Assembly (NCBI GenBank): GCA_040220235.1
Contig: JAVJTO010000123.1
Strand: one strand, 5' to 3'
From: Coleofasciculus sp. B1-GNL1-01
GTDB lineage: Bacteria > Cyanobacteriota > Cyanobacteriia > Cyanobacteriales > Coleofasciculaceae
DNA length: 64,000 bases
The notes beneath the pieces were generated by a model. It made no database searches, was not told where the DNA came from, and saw nothing but the letters and a program-made list of their open reading frames with translations. Both the position numbers and the translations under genes were made by a program. How positions within the stretch are numbered: the stretch's first letter is position 1; the number at the start of each line of letters is the position of its first letter. Shown piece after piece: positions 10,242-22,600 of this stretch.

Positions 10242-11879
10242 ATGAGCAATCAACGCCCAGTGACATCCTCAGCAGAGGATGATCAATTAGCCTGTTTTGC
10301 CTATGGTGTTGGTCATGGTGCAGAGGGAGTTTGTTTGCTGGTGCAAATGGGACCCCACCGCATCCTAATCGATTGTGGGTTAGAAGACCTTTCGCCGCTA
10401 AAAGCTCAAGCTAATTTGCCGGCGGATGTGGTTTTATGTAGCCACGCCCATAGCGATCATGCCCAGGGGTTGCTAGCACTACACCAAGCCTTTCCGCAAT
10501 TACCAATTTACGCCAGTGAAGTCACAACTCAACTCTTACCCCTAAACTGGACGCATTTACCTCCCAAGGAGATTCCCGGATTCTGTCAAGCACTTCCTTG
10601 GCGATCGCCGATTGAATTCCGCGAAGGATTAAGCGTGCAATTGTTTCCTGCGGGACATCTACCGGGAGCCGCTGCTTTTTTATTAACCTATACCAGTCCA
10701 AATCGCACCTATCGACTCCTGTATACAGGTGACTTCTTTATCTCAAATTCGCGGTTGGTCGAAGGGTTGTCCATTGAAGCCTTACGAGGTACAAACCTAG
10801 ATGTCTTGATTATCGAAGGGAGTTATGGTACAGCGCGACACCCCCATCGGCGCCAACAAGAGAATCAACTTGTCGAACGAATTGATCAAGCATTGGCGGC
10901 AAATCGCTCTATTTTGCTACCTGTACCTACCTTGGGTTTGGGTCAAGAAATCTTGATGCTGCTGCGGAGTCATCATCAGTTTACGGGACGCAATCTAGAT
11001 ATTTGGGTAGATGGTACGGTTGCCAAGGGATGCGATGCCTACTTAGAACTCCTACCTCATCTCCCCCCATCCGTACAAAACTTTGCTCGCCATCAACCCT
11101 TGTTTTGGGATGAACGGGTGAAACCGCGTGTACGCCGCTTAGATGAGCAGCAACGAGGGGCGATCGCTCAAAACACCAGCATTGTTCTAACGGACGAAAC
11201 GGCTGACTTGAGGGTTTACTGTCATCCTAACCCCACATCTTGGACAGTGCTGCAACCTGAACGCCTGAGATATCCGCCTCCAACCCATGACTTGGGTAGT
11301 ACGGATATAGAAACTTATCTATTAACTGAGCATAGCGATTGTTTAGGAACCACTCAGTTAATCCATAATCTTCGTCCTCAACATATTATTTTTGTTCATG
11401 GCTCTCCCACGTATCTAGCTGACTTAACTGGATTGGAGGAGTTACAAAATCGCTACCATCTCCATACCCCATCATCAGGAACTCTGATCGAACTGCCAAT
11501 TGGAGAGACATTTATACAGCCAGCACCACCACCAGAAACTAATTACGAAGGAGAGCTAACTGAGTTGGGTACGGTGGTTTCTATCACGTTACCCGAGGCA
11601 ATTGCGGCTGACCCGCGCTGGCAAGATTTTGCGGATACAGGTTTAGTGGAAGCGCGTTGGCAAGGAGAGGAACTGGTCTTACGGGGTTTGTCCCAACGTG
11701 AACTGCTCAATCAGGGCAGTTCGGTAAAGATGCCTGCTAATATCGAGTGTTGTGCCAACTGTCGCCATCAACGGGGTCAGCGCTGCTGGAATTCTGCCTC
11801 TCCCCTCTACTCCTTTAAAGTTACACCAGAGGGATATTGTCCAGTGTTTGAGCCGACCGCACCTCCCACAGAAACTTAG
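10242..11879 (+). CDS. Metallo-beta-lactamase / beta-CASP family hydrolase with Cys-rich C-terminus
   Basis: IDCG, SHAHSDH, AGHLPGAA, YTGDF, EGSYG, IFVHG. C-terminal CCANC…RCWN…GYCPVF. Confidence 0.88.
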   Translation: MSNQRPVTSSAEDDQLACFAYGVGHGAEGVCLLVQMGPHRILIDCGLEDLSPLKAQANLPADVVLCSHAHSDHAQGLLALHQAFPQLPIYASEVTTQLLPLNWTHLPPKEIPGFCQALPWRSPIEFREGLSVQLFPAGHLPGAAAFLLTYTSPNRTYRLLYTGDFFISNSRLVEGLSIEALRGTNLDVLIIEGSYGTARHPHRRQQENQLVERIDQALAANRSILLPVPTLGLGQEILMLLRSHHQFTGRNLDIWVDGTVAKGCDAYLELLPHLPPSVQNFARHQPLFWDERVKPRVRRLDEQQRGAIAQNTSIVLTDETADLRVYCHPNPTSWTVLQPERLRYPPPTHDLGSTDIETYLLTEHSDCLGTTQLIHNLRPQHIIFVHGSPTYLADLTGLEELQNRYHLHTPSSGTLIELPIGETFIQPAPPPETNYEGELTELGTVVSITLPEAIAADPRWQDFADTGLVEARWQGEELVLRGLSQRELLNQGSSVKMPANIECCANCRHQRGQRCWNSASPLYSFKVTPEGYCPVFEPTAPPTET

Positions 11880-11981
11880 GGTTTGCTGAATCAGTGAAAG
11901 CGGTGGGAGTAGAGAGCTGGGGAAGATGGGGAAGATGGGGAAGATAGGGAAGATGGGAGACCAAATTTCTGTAGTCTATTA

Positions 11982-12133
11982 CCCTATTCCCTATTCCCTA
12001 TTCCCTATTCCCTATTCCCTATTCCCTATTCCCTATTCCCTATTCCCTATTCCCTATTCCCTATTCCCTATTCCCTGTTCCCTGTTCCCTGTTCCCTGTT
12101 CCCTGTTCCCTGTTCCCTGTTCCCTGTTCCCTG
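11982..12133. repeat. Heptamer tandem array (STRR-like): CCCTATT x13 then CCCTGTT x~8.7
   Basis: Directly visible between two convergent genes. Confidence 0.97.
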
Positions 12134-12152
12134 ACGAGTGACACCTAATTTT

Positions 12153-12464
12153 TTACTCTTGATTTGACTCAGGGAAACGTGGATGAATTTGTTCCGCTTC
12201 TGGACAATCGTCAGACACGAGCGGGTCAAAATTTCCTCGCGTCACAGAAGCCAGTTTTTGAGTAACTGAACCGATGCTTTCTAAGCGAACCATTTCCTCC
12301 CAGGAGCAAATTTCGTCTTCTTCGTCAGTTTCGTAGCGAATGGTGACTAAATCCCCTTCAATATCAACAATATGAGCGCGTTCAATCCAACGTTGCTGAT
12401 CCCGCAAGAAAATACAGACCTCACGACCATCGCAACACAGTTGATAAATCTTGCGGTGTAGCAT
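12153..12464 (-). CDS. Conserved cyanobacterial hypothetical protein (DUF6679-like)
   Basis: MLHRKIYQLCCDGREVCIFLRDQQRWIER…SWEEMVRLESIG. Family recalled, not searched. Confidence 0.75.
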   Translation of the reverse strand: MLHRKIYQLCCDGREVCIFLRDQQRWIERAHIVDIEGDLVTIRYETDEEDEICSWEEMVRLESIGSVTQKLASVTRGNFDPLVSDDCPEAEQIHPRFPESNQE

Positions 12465-13435
12465 ATTTGGCTTCTCCTAAGCAGATAACTCTTCCAATAC
12501 GTCTGGGAGCAAGTCGCCCCGGTCTTTAGGATAATTCAGGGAAAGTTTTTATCCAAGCTTAACTTCGGATAAGGTGACTCAGTTTTCCCTCGTCAACGAC
12601 GATATCCCTACTATTGTTATACTTCTCGGTCAATCCTTAAAAGTTTAGCTGGCATTTCACCGGAATTTTGATCATCAATTCAGGATATTTTTCACTAGAC
12701 AGAAAAAACCTTGAGATCTTCAACGGAATCGGGACAACATTGGCTATAATTTTGCTCAAGGTAAAGGTGGAGAGCAATTTCACCTGTGAGCAAATAACCG
12801 ATAGTTGAGGGATTGGCATTGGTAAAGAGCCACACAAAGGGAAGAAAACCGTGTATTTCGCCATTGAGACTAGCGCACTTTAATCCAGGTTATACATCCT
12901 GGTTGATAGGTACTATGTAGGTGTTTGAAGTTTAGACATGCCCGGAAAAATGTAAATTTTATCAGGATCGACTGAGTAAAATTTGCTTGGGCGAATGTCC
13001 ATATATCCCGGCGCTGAATCTTTAATTACAGCGCCAGACTTATAGCCTTCCCCCACCTTTAGTTAAGGGTTGTGTTAAGGGTTTACTTTCACCGCTGACT
13101 TGCCAGCCTTTTGTTGCTTGACAAATCACACTTGAAAGGAATTAACCCTTTGGTCGCATTTTAGCACATTAAACTGGTGATTTATAGGGGAATTGAGCCT
13201 CACTCCGTTAACTGACTCAATGGAAAAACCACGCCGTGAGATGAATCGCCGGACAAGTCAGCTAACGCTATTCCGTTTCGCGGTGCTTAAATCCAGATTT
13301 TTGCTAACCGACGACTCCCTTGATTGGCTTCCAGCCCAGCCGATTTTCAATCTTTCCCTGAAACGTGAGGTCAAACCTGCTGTAAATTCTTAGTTACTGA
13401 TCACTCTATGCTGATCCCGGTTGAATCGGGGGGAT

Positions 13436-13669
13436 TTACACGCTTGTTGCAGCGCTTTGCCTGTGCAGCTCAGGAAATGACAGAAAACGAGTATCATGAG
13501 CCTCCCGCTCTATTTGACCCGACTTCACCGCCTCATAAAGAACAGTCAAAGCCTCAAGGTCTGATGTTTGATACCCTTTTATTTCCAGAATTTGGCGAAT
13601 TAGCCCCTCAGAAGCAACGCTGAGGCAGCCAGTTTTAAGAGCCGATTGGACAAGAGTGCGAAGAATCAT
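13436..13669 (-). CDS. Small hypothetical protein, paralog of 51251..51466
   Basis: From ATG 13669: ILRTLVQSALKTGCLSVASEGLIRQ…DLEAL…AVKSGQIERE aligns with IRDLVQKALTIGYLTLAAEEQLRQ…ELNAF…AAMEGDVRQE. Confidence 0.75.
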   Translation of the reverse strand: MILRTLVQSALKTGCLSVASEGLIRQILEIKGYQTSDLEALTVLYEAVKSGQIEREAHDTRFLSFPELHRQSAATSV

Positions 13670-13981
13670 GGTAACCAAGCATTTGTAATCATAGGGGGTA
13701 CTTCTAACACTATCGACGATCTTCCCGCTAAAGACCTTGATAAGTGTCAGTTGCTTGATGTGATTCTCAACACATTTTAGAGTGATGTGTGTCACTCTAA
13801 AACCAACTTATCGCCTGTAGGCACCCCTGAACCCTAAAATTACAAGAATTGCTTATGTACTATCCTAAAGGCTTTTTGTTAAGAATTTGTAAAATTAGCA
13901 CCGTTTTTTTGAGAAGAGTTTGTTAAAGTTAGTCGTGCCGCTAACTCCAGCCGCTCAATTATTAAGGAAATCAACAGACAG

Positions 13982-14851
13982 ATGTTTACGATCGCCCTGA
14001 AACAGGAGCAATACTCAACCTATATCCTCACTGCCCAAGACTCTCAGTCTCGGCTGGAAGTCGTTCCCGAACGCGGCGGTCTGATTTCTCACTGGAGTGT
14101 TCAAGGTCAGGACATCCTCTACTTTGATGCCGAACGGTTTCGAGACCCGACCTTGAGTGTGCGGGGGGGTATCCCGATTTTGTTTCCCATCTGCGGCAAC
14201 TTACCGGACAATACCTACACCCATCAGGGCAAATCCTATCAACTCAAACAGCATGGTTTCGCCCGTGATTTGCCCTGGCAGGTCACAGAACGAGTGACGA
14301 ATGATTTGGTTAGCCTTACCCTAGTCTTGAATAGTAATGACCAAACTCGCGCTGTTTATCCCTTCGACTGGCAACTCTCCTTCACGTACCAACTTCAGGG
14401 CAATACCTTGACACTAATCCAGCGCTATACGAATCAGTCGGCTGAGGTGATGCCCTTTTCGACAGGAGTGCATCCGTACTTCTTAACCTCAGATAAAACC
14501 CAACTCCAATTTGAGATTCCGGCTTCAGAGTATCAGGATCAGCTAACTGGACAAGTTTCCCCCTTCACGGGCGGCTTTGATTGGAGTAAGGATGAAATTG
14601 ATGTCGCCTTTCGCCCACTCACGGGTCAATCAGCAACGGTGACCGACCAGCAACGGCGGTTAAAACTAACCCTGACCTACGGTGAACCCTACTCAACTCT
14701 CGTCTTCTGGACGGTTAAAGGCAAAGACTACTACTGTTTGGAACCCTGGAGCGCTCCCCGTAACGCCTTAAACACAGGAGACCATCTCACCAAATTGCCT
14801 CCTGGAGAGAGTTTGGAGACTTCGATCCAACTCAGCGCCACTTTTTTTTGA
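13982..14851 (+). CDS. Aldose 1-epimerase family protein
   Basis: RGGIPILFPICG, QHGFAR, GVHPYF, YYCLEPW. Confidence 0.92.
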   Translation: MFTIALKQEQYSTYILTAQDSQSRLEVVPERGGLISHWSVQGQDILYFDAERFRDPTLSVRGGIPILFPICGNLPDNTYTHQGKSYQLKQHGFARDLPWQVTERVTNDLVSLTLVLNSNDQTRAVYPFDWQLSFTYQLQGNTLTLIQRYTNQSAEVMPFSTGVHPYFLTSDKTQLQFEIPASEYQDQLTGQVSPFTGGFDWSKDEIDVAFRPLTGQSATVTDQQRRLKLTLTYGEPYSTLVFWTVKGKDYYCLEPWSAPRNALNTGDHLTKLPPGESLETSIQLSATFF

Positions 14852-14919
14852 AAAACCCTCTACATTTTTGGTGATTTCTGCTATTGTAGAAAACGGCGCT
14901 TGAAAACGCGCATGACTTT

Positions 14920-14991
14920 GGGTCGCTAGCTCAGCGGTAGAGCACTCGGCTTTTAACCGATTGGTCTTGGGTTCGAATCCCAGGCGACCCA
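14920..14991 (+). tRNA. trnK: tRNA-Lys(TTT)
   Basis: GGGTCGC…GCGACCC acceptor stem, anticodon loop CTTTTAA, GTTCGAATC T loop. Confidence 0.96.
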
Positions 14992-15169
14992 TTCTGTCAT
15001 ATTTATTTTTCTTTATAGTCAGGCACTGTGGAGTTGATCAAGAAGACTAATTTTAGAATCTTGACAAGATAATTTCCTATAAACTGAAAAATATCTTAAG
15101 ATTATTCTAAGAATTAAGTTTCTAGAAACGACTAGCTGACAAAACACCTAAAGTTAGGAGGACTTTTTT

Positions 15170-16249
15170 ATGGCGCTCGTACCCATGCGGCTGCTTTTAG
15201 ATCATGCGGCAGAGAATGGCTATGGCATTCCAGCATATAACGTTAACAACATGGAGCAGATCCTGGCAATTATGCAGGCTGCTGATGAAGCTGACAGCCC
15301 CGTGATCCTACAAGCCTCTCGCGGCGCTCGCAAATATGCAGGTGAGAACTTCCTGCGCCACTTGATCACGGCAGCAGTGGAAACTTATCCCCATATCCCC
15401 ATTGCTATGCACCAAGACCATGGGAATGGTCCAGCGACTTGCTACTCAGCTATCCGCAATGGTTTCACCAGTGTGATGATGGACGGTTCACTGGAGGAAG
15501 ATGCCAAAACTCCAGCTAGCTTCGAGTACAACGTGAATGTCACGGCTGAAGTGGTAAAAGTTGCTCACTCTGTCGGTGTCAGCGTTGAAGGGGAACTGGG
15601 TTGTCTCGGTTCTTTGGAAACGGGTATGGGTGACAAGGAAGATGGTCACGGTGCAGAAGGTAAGCTGTCCCGCGAACAATTGTTGACTGACCCGGATCAA
15701 GCGGTTGAGTTTGTTGAGCGCACCCAAGTTGATGCTCTCGCTGTAGCCATTGGCACAAGCCACGGTGCTTACAAGTTTACCCGTAAGCCCACGGGTGAAA
15801 TTCTTGCCATTAGTCGGATTGAGGAAATTCATAACCGTCTACCTAATACTCATTTGGTAATGCATGGTTCCTCCTCTGTACCCCAAGAGTGGCTGGATAT
15901 GATCAACCAATATGGTGGTGCAATTCCAGAAACTTACGGTGTGCCTGTAGAAGAGATTCAAAAGGGCATTAAGAGCGGTGTGCGTAAGGTTAATATTGAT
16001 ACCGACAACCGTTTGGCAATCACAGCAGCAATCCGTGAAGCGGCTGCCAAAGATCCCAAAAACTTTGACCCGCGCCATTTCATGAAGCCTTCTATTAAGT
16101 ACATGAAGCAGGTTTGCTCGGATCGTTATCAGCAATTCGGTACGGCTGGTAATGCGAGCAAGATTAAGCAAATCACATTGGATGAGTTTGCGGCTAAGTA
16201 TGCCAAGGGCGAGTTAGCGGCTGTTACTAAGCAAACTGTAAAGGCTTAA
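15170..16249 (+). CDS. fbaA: Class II fructose-bisphosphate aldolase
   Basis: [53 protein letters not shown] upstream. Confidence 0.97.
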   Translation: MALVPMRLLLDHAAENGYGIPAYNVNNMEQILAIMQAADEADSPVILQASRGARKYAGENFLRHLITAAVETYPHIPIAMHQDHGNGPATCYSAIRNGFTSVMMDGSLEEDAKTPASFEYNVNVTAEVVKVAHSVGVSVEGELGCLGSLETGMGDKEDGHGAEGKLSREQLLTDPDQAVEFVERTQVDALAVAIGTSHGAYKFTRKPTGEILAISRIEEIHNRLPNTHLVMHGSSSVPQEWLDMINQYGGAIPETYGVPVEEIQKGIKSGVRKVNIDTDNRLAITAAIREAAAKDPKNFDPRHFMKPSIKYMKQVCSDRYQQFGTAGNASKIKQITLDEFAAKYAKGELAAVTKQTVKA

Positions 16250-16279
16250 TCGTTAACCGGGTAACACCCATTTATAGCG

Positions 16280-16307
16280 AATCCCCCGTTAATAGGCGGG
16301 GGATTTT
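16280..16307 (+). terminator. Intrinsic terminator of fbaA
   Basis: AATCCCCCGTT-aata-GGCGGGGGATT hairpin with a short T run, 30 bp after the stop. Confidence 0.7.
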
Positions 16308-16467
16308 GCTGGTTGGGGAAGCTGAGAGAACAGGGGAAGCTGGGGAAGAAAACAAGAGGAAATCTTCTACTGGGAAGGGAATAATCGCAGGATGAATCAC
16401 CATGCGATCGCGTCATCATCACGATTTTGCCTTTACCTACACATTCTGTTCATTTTGTCAAGGTTTC

Positions 16468-17094
16468 CTAAATTAAACACCCCAAGTGCTTCAAGATTCT
16501 CAACACTTCATAGAGATTGTTACGATAGTGCGATCGCGTGGCGAACAAATCCGAAATTCCATACTGTTTGCCTAATGTTTTGATAAACAAAAAGCTGCTA
16601 CCATTGGCTACCATACCATAGAGCGGTTGTTCCGGCTCTGGATGTGCTGCCATGTAAGCCAATGTTTGCGGAATCGCTAGTTCTAAATCAAACGTCGTCT
16701 TTTTGGATTCAATGAGAACAATCCACAGTTTACTCTGCAATACCAGCGCATCAATTCGTCCTCGTAAAATTTCTTCGTTGTCTCCTTCTGCCTCAATTTC
16801 TACGGAAACTTCTGTCTTGAATTTGTAAGGTGATTGATAGAAACCTGCTAACTCCAGCAATGGCGACAGGACAACCATTTTAATTGTTTCTTCCAGCAGA
16901 ATACCATCGGATATTTGGTAGAGATAGTTGCGACGTACCTGATCTAAACGAGATTGTTCTACCTCGCTCAATGCAGGGAATTCAGCCATCCATTCGGTAA
17001 AAAACTGGCTATCTTCTGTCAAGGTTAACCCCAGTTTTTCCTGGACTTGACGGAATGTCGTAATATCGTCTCCAATGGCTAGACTTCTGATCAT
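16468..17094 (-). CDS. Type I restriction endonuclease R N-terminal-like (PD-(D/E)xK) protein
   Basis: EETIKMVVLSPLLELAGF…GRIDALV…LIESK…AIPQTLAYM…YGMVANG. No methylase adjacent. Confidence 0.75.
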   Translation of the reverse strand: MIRSLAIGDDITTFRQVQEKLGLTLTEDSQFFTEWMAEFPALSEVEQSRLDQVRRNYLYQISDGILLEETIKMVVLSPLLELAGFYQSPYKFKTEVSVEIEAEGDNEEILRGRIDALVLQSKLWIVLIESKKTTFDLELAIPQTLAYMAAHPEPEQPLYGMVANGSSFLFIKTLGKQYGISDLFATRSHYRNNLYEVLRILKHLGCLI

Positions 17095-17254
17095 GGATCA
17101 ACCCTGTAGAGATTTCTTATTGTATCGCGTCATAAACTTGGATGACACTGAAATAAGCATTTAGGGAGCATCAAAACCCTTAATATACCGTAGGGTGGGT
17201 TGAGCGAAGTCGAAACCCACCAGCCTTAAGGAGCATGACATCCACCTTAACTTG

Positions 17255-18771
17255 CCTAGACTCCGCACTTCAACTTGAAGTACAAGAAGCTACATATCCA
17301 ATCAAGGGAAAAAGTCTGAAAAATTAAACACTTGAATATCTTTTCAGGAAACCGTAATTGTTTGGGAGATTCTTATGAGCTTTTTTAAGCAGCAGAAATT
17401 GAAGAGTATCTACTCTCCTGACACGGATTTATCCATTATCCAAAAATCCCCCAATTGCCACGAATGTGAGTCAAGAAAAAATCACAGATAATATTTTTGA
17501 CAAGAAGATGGCAAGAATTCCAAAATAAATTGACGTTCGTCCGTCAAGTTAACTATCTGTTTGACTCCATCGATAACTACTGCATGAATCCCTTGAAAAC
17601 ATTGAAATATCCACCGTAATGTTGGGCGATTAATCAATTTACCCACTTGATTTTTTATCCCAACTTTAGCTCTTTGTAAATTCTTCCTGATTTCTCTTTG
17701 TCCTAAGTTGTAGACTAAGAGGCACAAGGTCATAACAAAGAGCATCGTTTCTACTCTTTGGGGGTTTTCGACGAATAGACTATCGGCAAAAAATACCGGG
17801 TCTTTCAAAAATCTAAATCCTCTTTCACAAGATTGTTGATTTTTGTAATTTAAAAGGATTTCGGCTGAATTCAGAACGTCTTGTTCGAGAACATTCGTCG
17901 CTAGGATAAATCTTCCGGCTTGTTTTTCTCTCGCGGTAATTTCTTGCTCCTATCTTTCTGGCTTGGCTTTGATTTTATAAGCGGTTTGACCCGACTTAAT
18001 TATTTCCTTGCCGATCTGGACTTCAGCTAATTTAAACAGTTTCAGTTTTCGGTTTAATTCTTTTAACTTATACTTGGCTTGACTGGGATGCTCAAACTCT
18101 TCTTTCTCTAATTGCTTGATGAGTTTAGCGGCTTTTTCTTCTTCTTTTTTTATTTCTTTAATTAAACCTTCTGAAGGATTGCCTAACTCCCCATACTTAT
18201 AATTATATTCCCCATGAAGATGAAATGATGTGATATCTGCATGATTGAAATTTACCTCTATCTTAAATGTTTTCGTTAAAGCAATTGCTATTTCTAGAAA
18301 GAGTTGAGTCAATCCATATTTATAGATTTCATCCATCACTCGACCGAGTTTATCATCATTTAAATAGTCACCCTTGACTGAACCTCCTAATAATTTTTCT
18401 ATGTCTTTGTCTTCAAAAAAATTGCTAAATAAGTATAAAGGCTTAGAGACAAACCCTAAACCATTGAGAATCATCGCTTTAACGACTTGTCCCGATGAGA
18501 TTTTTTCTCGCTTGTCTATTCCTAATTTTTCATTGATGATATCCACTATTCCTATTTCATCAATTAATCCAGCTATAATCCCCAAATGGTCTAGGTTTTT
18601 GACTTCTATTGTTGTTGATGTAGACAAGGTAAATCTCTCTTTTAAATAGCCACAGGTAACTGGCTAATTATCTCAAGGTATCAATTCTTAGTAAAGTAAG
18701 TATTTATGCTTAGTGTTCTCAGAGACAAGTCTGTAACCTATCGTACTACGTTTTGAAGTGCGGAGTGTGGG
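17255..18771 (-). mobile_element. IS1634-family element, decayed
   Basis: Terminal inverted repeats CCTAGACTCCGCACTTCAA (17255) and CCCACACTCCGCACTTCAA (reverse complement ending 18771), 17/19 match, enclosing transposase remnants. Confidence 0.8.
17482..18627 (-). pseudogene. IS1634-family transposase, internally deleted with an in-frame stop
   Basis: NLDHLGIIAGLIDEIG…LNDDKLGR…HADITSFHLHGEY jumps to a late region. TAG at 17950-17952, then in-frame GRFILATN…YKNQQSCERGFRFLKDP…PTLRWIFQCF. Confidence 0.88.
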
Positions 18772-19361
18772 TTAATTGTCAACAACGGCGGCGCTTGCGG
18801 ATTCGTCGCACTAAACTCACTCCCATCAGGAAACGTAAAACTATTGTCCGTACTCGCCACAAACGAACCGCCAACATCCAACCGCGCATTCTCACCAAAC
18901 ACAATCCCATTGGGATTAATTAAAAACAGATTCGCTGTACCATTTGCCCAAATCCAGCCATCAATATCGGAAATATTAGTCCCCGTCACCCGCCCCAAAA
19001 TATTCTCAATATCCAACCCATTATTAAAAAACGCCTCACCCCCCGTCTGTACGGAAAACTCCTCAAAACTATGGAACAGATTCACTCCCCGCACTGTTCC
19101 CCCTTCTATCAAACAAACCGGACATCCCGTCACCTGAGAATTAACCGGGAGTGTATTATCCGGGACAATTTGCGCCCGCACCGCGCTTGGGGTGATGAGT
19201 ACAAGCAGCCAGAAGGCAGAAGGTAGAGAACAGAAGGCTTTTTGGTTTCTGGTGTTGGCGTTTAATCTATTCTTAACAGTTGGGTGGTTGAAGCCGCGCT
19301 GCCCTAGACACTCTAAGACCATGCGACTGACGACTTTAAGATAGGGAATAACTGACTTCAT
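18772..19361 (-). pseudogene. Filamentous haemagglutinin (TpsA) N-terminal fragment truncated by IS1634
   Basis: AQIVPDNTL…NLFHSFEEF…[13 protein letters not shown]…PPLLTIN, then runs into the IS terminal repeat. Confidence 0.85.
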
Positions 19362-19627
19362 AAACCTTAATCCTACCGCGTTGTTTACCTGTTTCTGTCT
19401 TCTGTGCTACATGAGTTTCTATAATTAAACAGTCTGCCAACTTTCCCCAACATCCCCCCTGGCTGGATTCAGGAGAGCGAAACGTTTTCGGTTGAGCTAG
19501 TTCCAGAATCTGATCAAAATCATTGGCTAATTTTACGTATAATCTGATACCTTTACCCAGTAATTTTCCTTCTTTCTCCACTTCAGGTTGTAGCTAGGTT
19601 AATTTGTCGTACTCTAAAGTCCAGTGG

Positions 19628-22600
19628 TTAAGGTACAGCAACAAAATCATAGCCGTAACCGGAACGAGAACCTGGCTCAATCGTGACAAGTTGACTCAAA
19701 GGATTGGTTAACTGATTTTTGCGATCGCCTGATGGTAAGAATTGTACCTTACCCGTTGCCCCATCAACACTAAAACTTTCTGAACGTAGGGTTTCAGCCA
19801 CCCCTTGGCGAGTCGGATTCTGCTTCAGTGCCGCAATCAGGGCTTGGGTGGCATCATAAGATAAGGCGGTGCGCCAGCTTACATCTGCCCACCAAAGCTT
19901 TCTTGATGTTTCTGCAAAATTGGACTGAGAATTGCTAATATGCCAGGGAACGGCAATCATCATATCTTTGACATTTTCTTCGTCCTGAGCAACCTCCAAG
20001 AGTTTCGTACCATAGAACGCATCTCCCCCTAAAATAATTTGGTTCCCCCGCTTTTGTTTAATGATCTCAATCGCGTCGTCGATTTCCTCCCTGTCGAGCA
20101 ACAATACCAGCACCTTAGCGCCTTGCTGCGTGGATTCTTGAACCGTTTGTTGGGCATCAAAATTAAGATCAGACAAGTCAAAGTCTTGCAAAACTTGCCC
20201 TCCTGCTGAACGCACAGCATCACCAAATGCTGACTTCAGGGATTGGCTATACTGACTTTGAGAATTATAGAAGACAACCGCGTTTTTCTCCTGGAGTTTA
20301 TTTAGCATAGACTTAGCCAACGTTGTCGCCGTGGTATTATCGTCGGGTGCGGTGCGGAACCTATATTGATCGGAATACCAACGGGGTTTAAACCATTGCG
20401 TCGAGGTACTAACTGGAGAAATGGCGGCTAATTTTTGGGCTTGATAAACCTTTCCCGCCGCTAGAGTAACATCACTGGCAAAATGTCCGACAACCCCAAG
20501 CACGTCCGGATTTTTGCTCAATTCTTGGGCGATTTGTTTCCCGACTTTGGGATCGTTATTATCATTAGCAATTAATACCCGCAAGAATACACCATTAATC
20601 CCCCCTTCTCGGTTAATTTCATCTTGAGCTTGAGCCACACCGCGCAAGACTTCCAATCCATGATTTACAGTATTCCCTAGGGGAACCGATACGGCAATAG
20701 TGTAAGATTTTTGAGTGCCAATGCGAGCATTATTCAAGTAAATTAAAGCTTCGGGATCATTGCGGTTTTCCCGTAGGGATGTGGTGAGTTCATCAATCGC
20801 GGTGGGAAAAGCACCAGCGGCGATTCCTTGCACTCCGGCTTGCTTGTCCCGATTGGTGAGGCTGGGAACTAAGAGTTTATCACCCCCCCGACTTAGGATT
20901 CTCTGGGTGGATACAGCAATTCCACCACAAAGTTGGCGATTAGGGTTATTCTGAAAATAATCTCCGATTGTATTGCAGATTCCTGCCTTGAGAGCGTCTA
21001 CATTACCTATTTGCCGCAGTTCAATCGAGCCATTGTTTCGACCAATTGCTAGGAATTTGCCATCCTGACTAAAGGCAACATTTGCAACACCTTGAGCCTG
21101 ATGGGTGGAAATTAGGGACAGTTTCGCTTCAGATTTATCCGATGTATCCCATAGATTGAGTGTGCCATTCTGACCAATGGTAGCGATGATGTTACTATTG
21201 GGACTAAAGACTAAACGGGTAATACTGGTTTGCTGTGTGGGAATTTGGTCAAGTAAGTTCCCCTTTGTGTCCCACAGTTTTAGCAACCCTTGATTTCCAG
21301 CCGTTGCTATTTTCTTATTGTTGGGACTAAACGCTACACTTTGAATGGGTTGCTGGGTTTGGAATTGATCCACTGACTGATTGGATAGTTTACCCCATGA
21401 GACAGTCCACAGGTTCAGGATATTACCTTGTGCGGTTGCCAGTTGTTTCCCGTCTGGACTAAACGCTAAACCATTGATTTGTGTTCGACTTAGTTGGCTA
21501 TTGGAGATATCTATAGGATTGAGAGTGTCATTCTGAATTTGCCACAGCTTGAGTTTACCATTACTGCCAATTGTGGCTAATTTCCGCTTATTGGGACTAG
21601 CAGCGAGACTCTGGATTTGTTGTTGCTGAGTGGCAAAGGACTTAATTTGGTTAGTGGAGATAGTCCAGAATTTTATCGTATCATCGTTGCCCACAATAAT
21701 CAACGTCTCACCATCCGGACTAAAGGTTACATTCTTCACCCCTCCCTGTTGCTGTTGGACGATTTCAGTAGCCGGATTTAAGCTTACTGTACCATCCTCT
21801 CGGACATTCCAGAGATTGAGTTGATTGTTTTTACTAATCGTGGCGAGGAGTTCCTGACTCGGACTAAACTCCATACGTTGAATCGTCCCCTGTGTAGTCG
21901 AGAATTGAGCCGGACGGTTACTAGATATGTCCCATACCTTGACCGTACCATCTCCTCCCCCGGTCACCAATTGCCTGCTGTCTAAGGGACTAAAGGCTAC
22001 ACTATAAAGTTGTCCTTGTCCGGTGTCAAATTGTTCGACAATGGCGTTCTGGGTGATATCCCATATCCGGACTAACCCCGTCTCATCTTCCGCTGCACTT
22101 GCACTTGCGATCGCGAGTCGTTTTTCGTCTGGACTAAATGCTACGCTGGTGAATGTCTCATTGTCTGTTTTTGGAATGGGAAGTTGCTGAAATTGATCAC
22201 TTTCTTCATCCCAAAGATTGATAGTGTCACCGTCTTTTCCCACGGTGACGAGATGTTCCCCATCGGGACTACTGGCTAAACCTTTAATCAGTCCTAAATC
22301 CTTGGGAAAAGATTCGGTACAATGTTTACCCGATGCTGTTTTTTTGAAGTCTCCCTCGTGAAGGGGGAAAAAGCGCGTCGTGCCATCTTCAAAAATAGTC
22401 ATCATTCCAGCATATTCGTCGTCTTCAAGTTTATTATATCGCCAGTTGTCTTCATCCGGTTCAGTCCCATCATTGGTATCGATGAAGGCGAACACAATCT
22501 GAGTGATAGGATTGGGTAATGATTCGGTGTTCTCATCCGTATTGTTGTTTTCCTCATCACAGACTGGCATATCTGGCAGTGAAATTGTATCAATTTCCTC

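Noticed and set aside
11926..12141. 71-aa ORF (IPYSLFP repeats), and similar ORFs at 7933, 33302, 43393, 46233 and 38428
   Set aside because: These are translations of simple repeats or MITE sequence.
14768..14992. 74-aa minus-strand ORF
   Set aside because: Antisense to tRNA-Lys and the epimerase 3' end.
19336..19581. 81-aa ORF between the STAND gene and the tpsA fragment
   Set aside because: GTG start, overlaps the next gene and has no recognisable motif.
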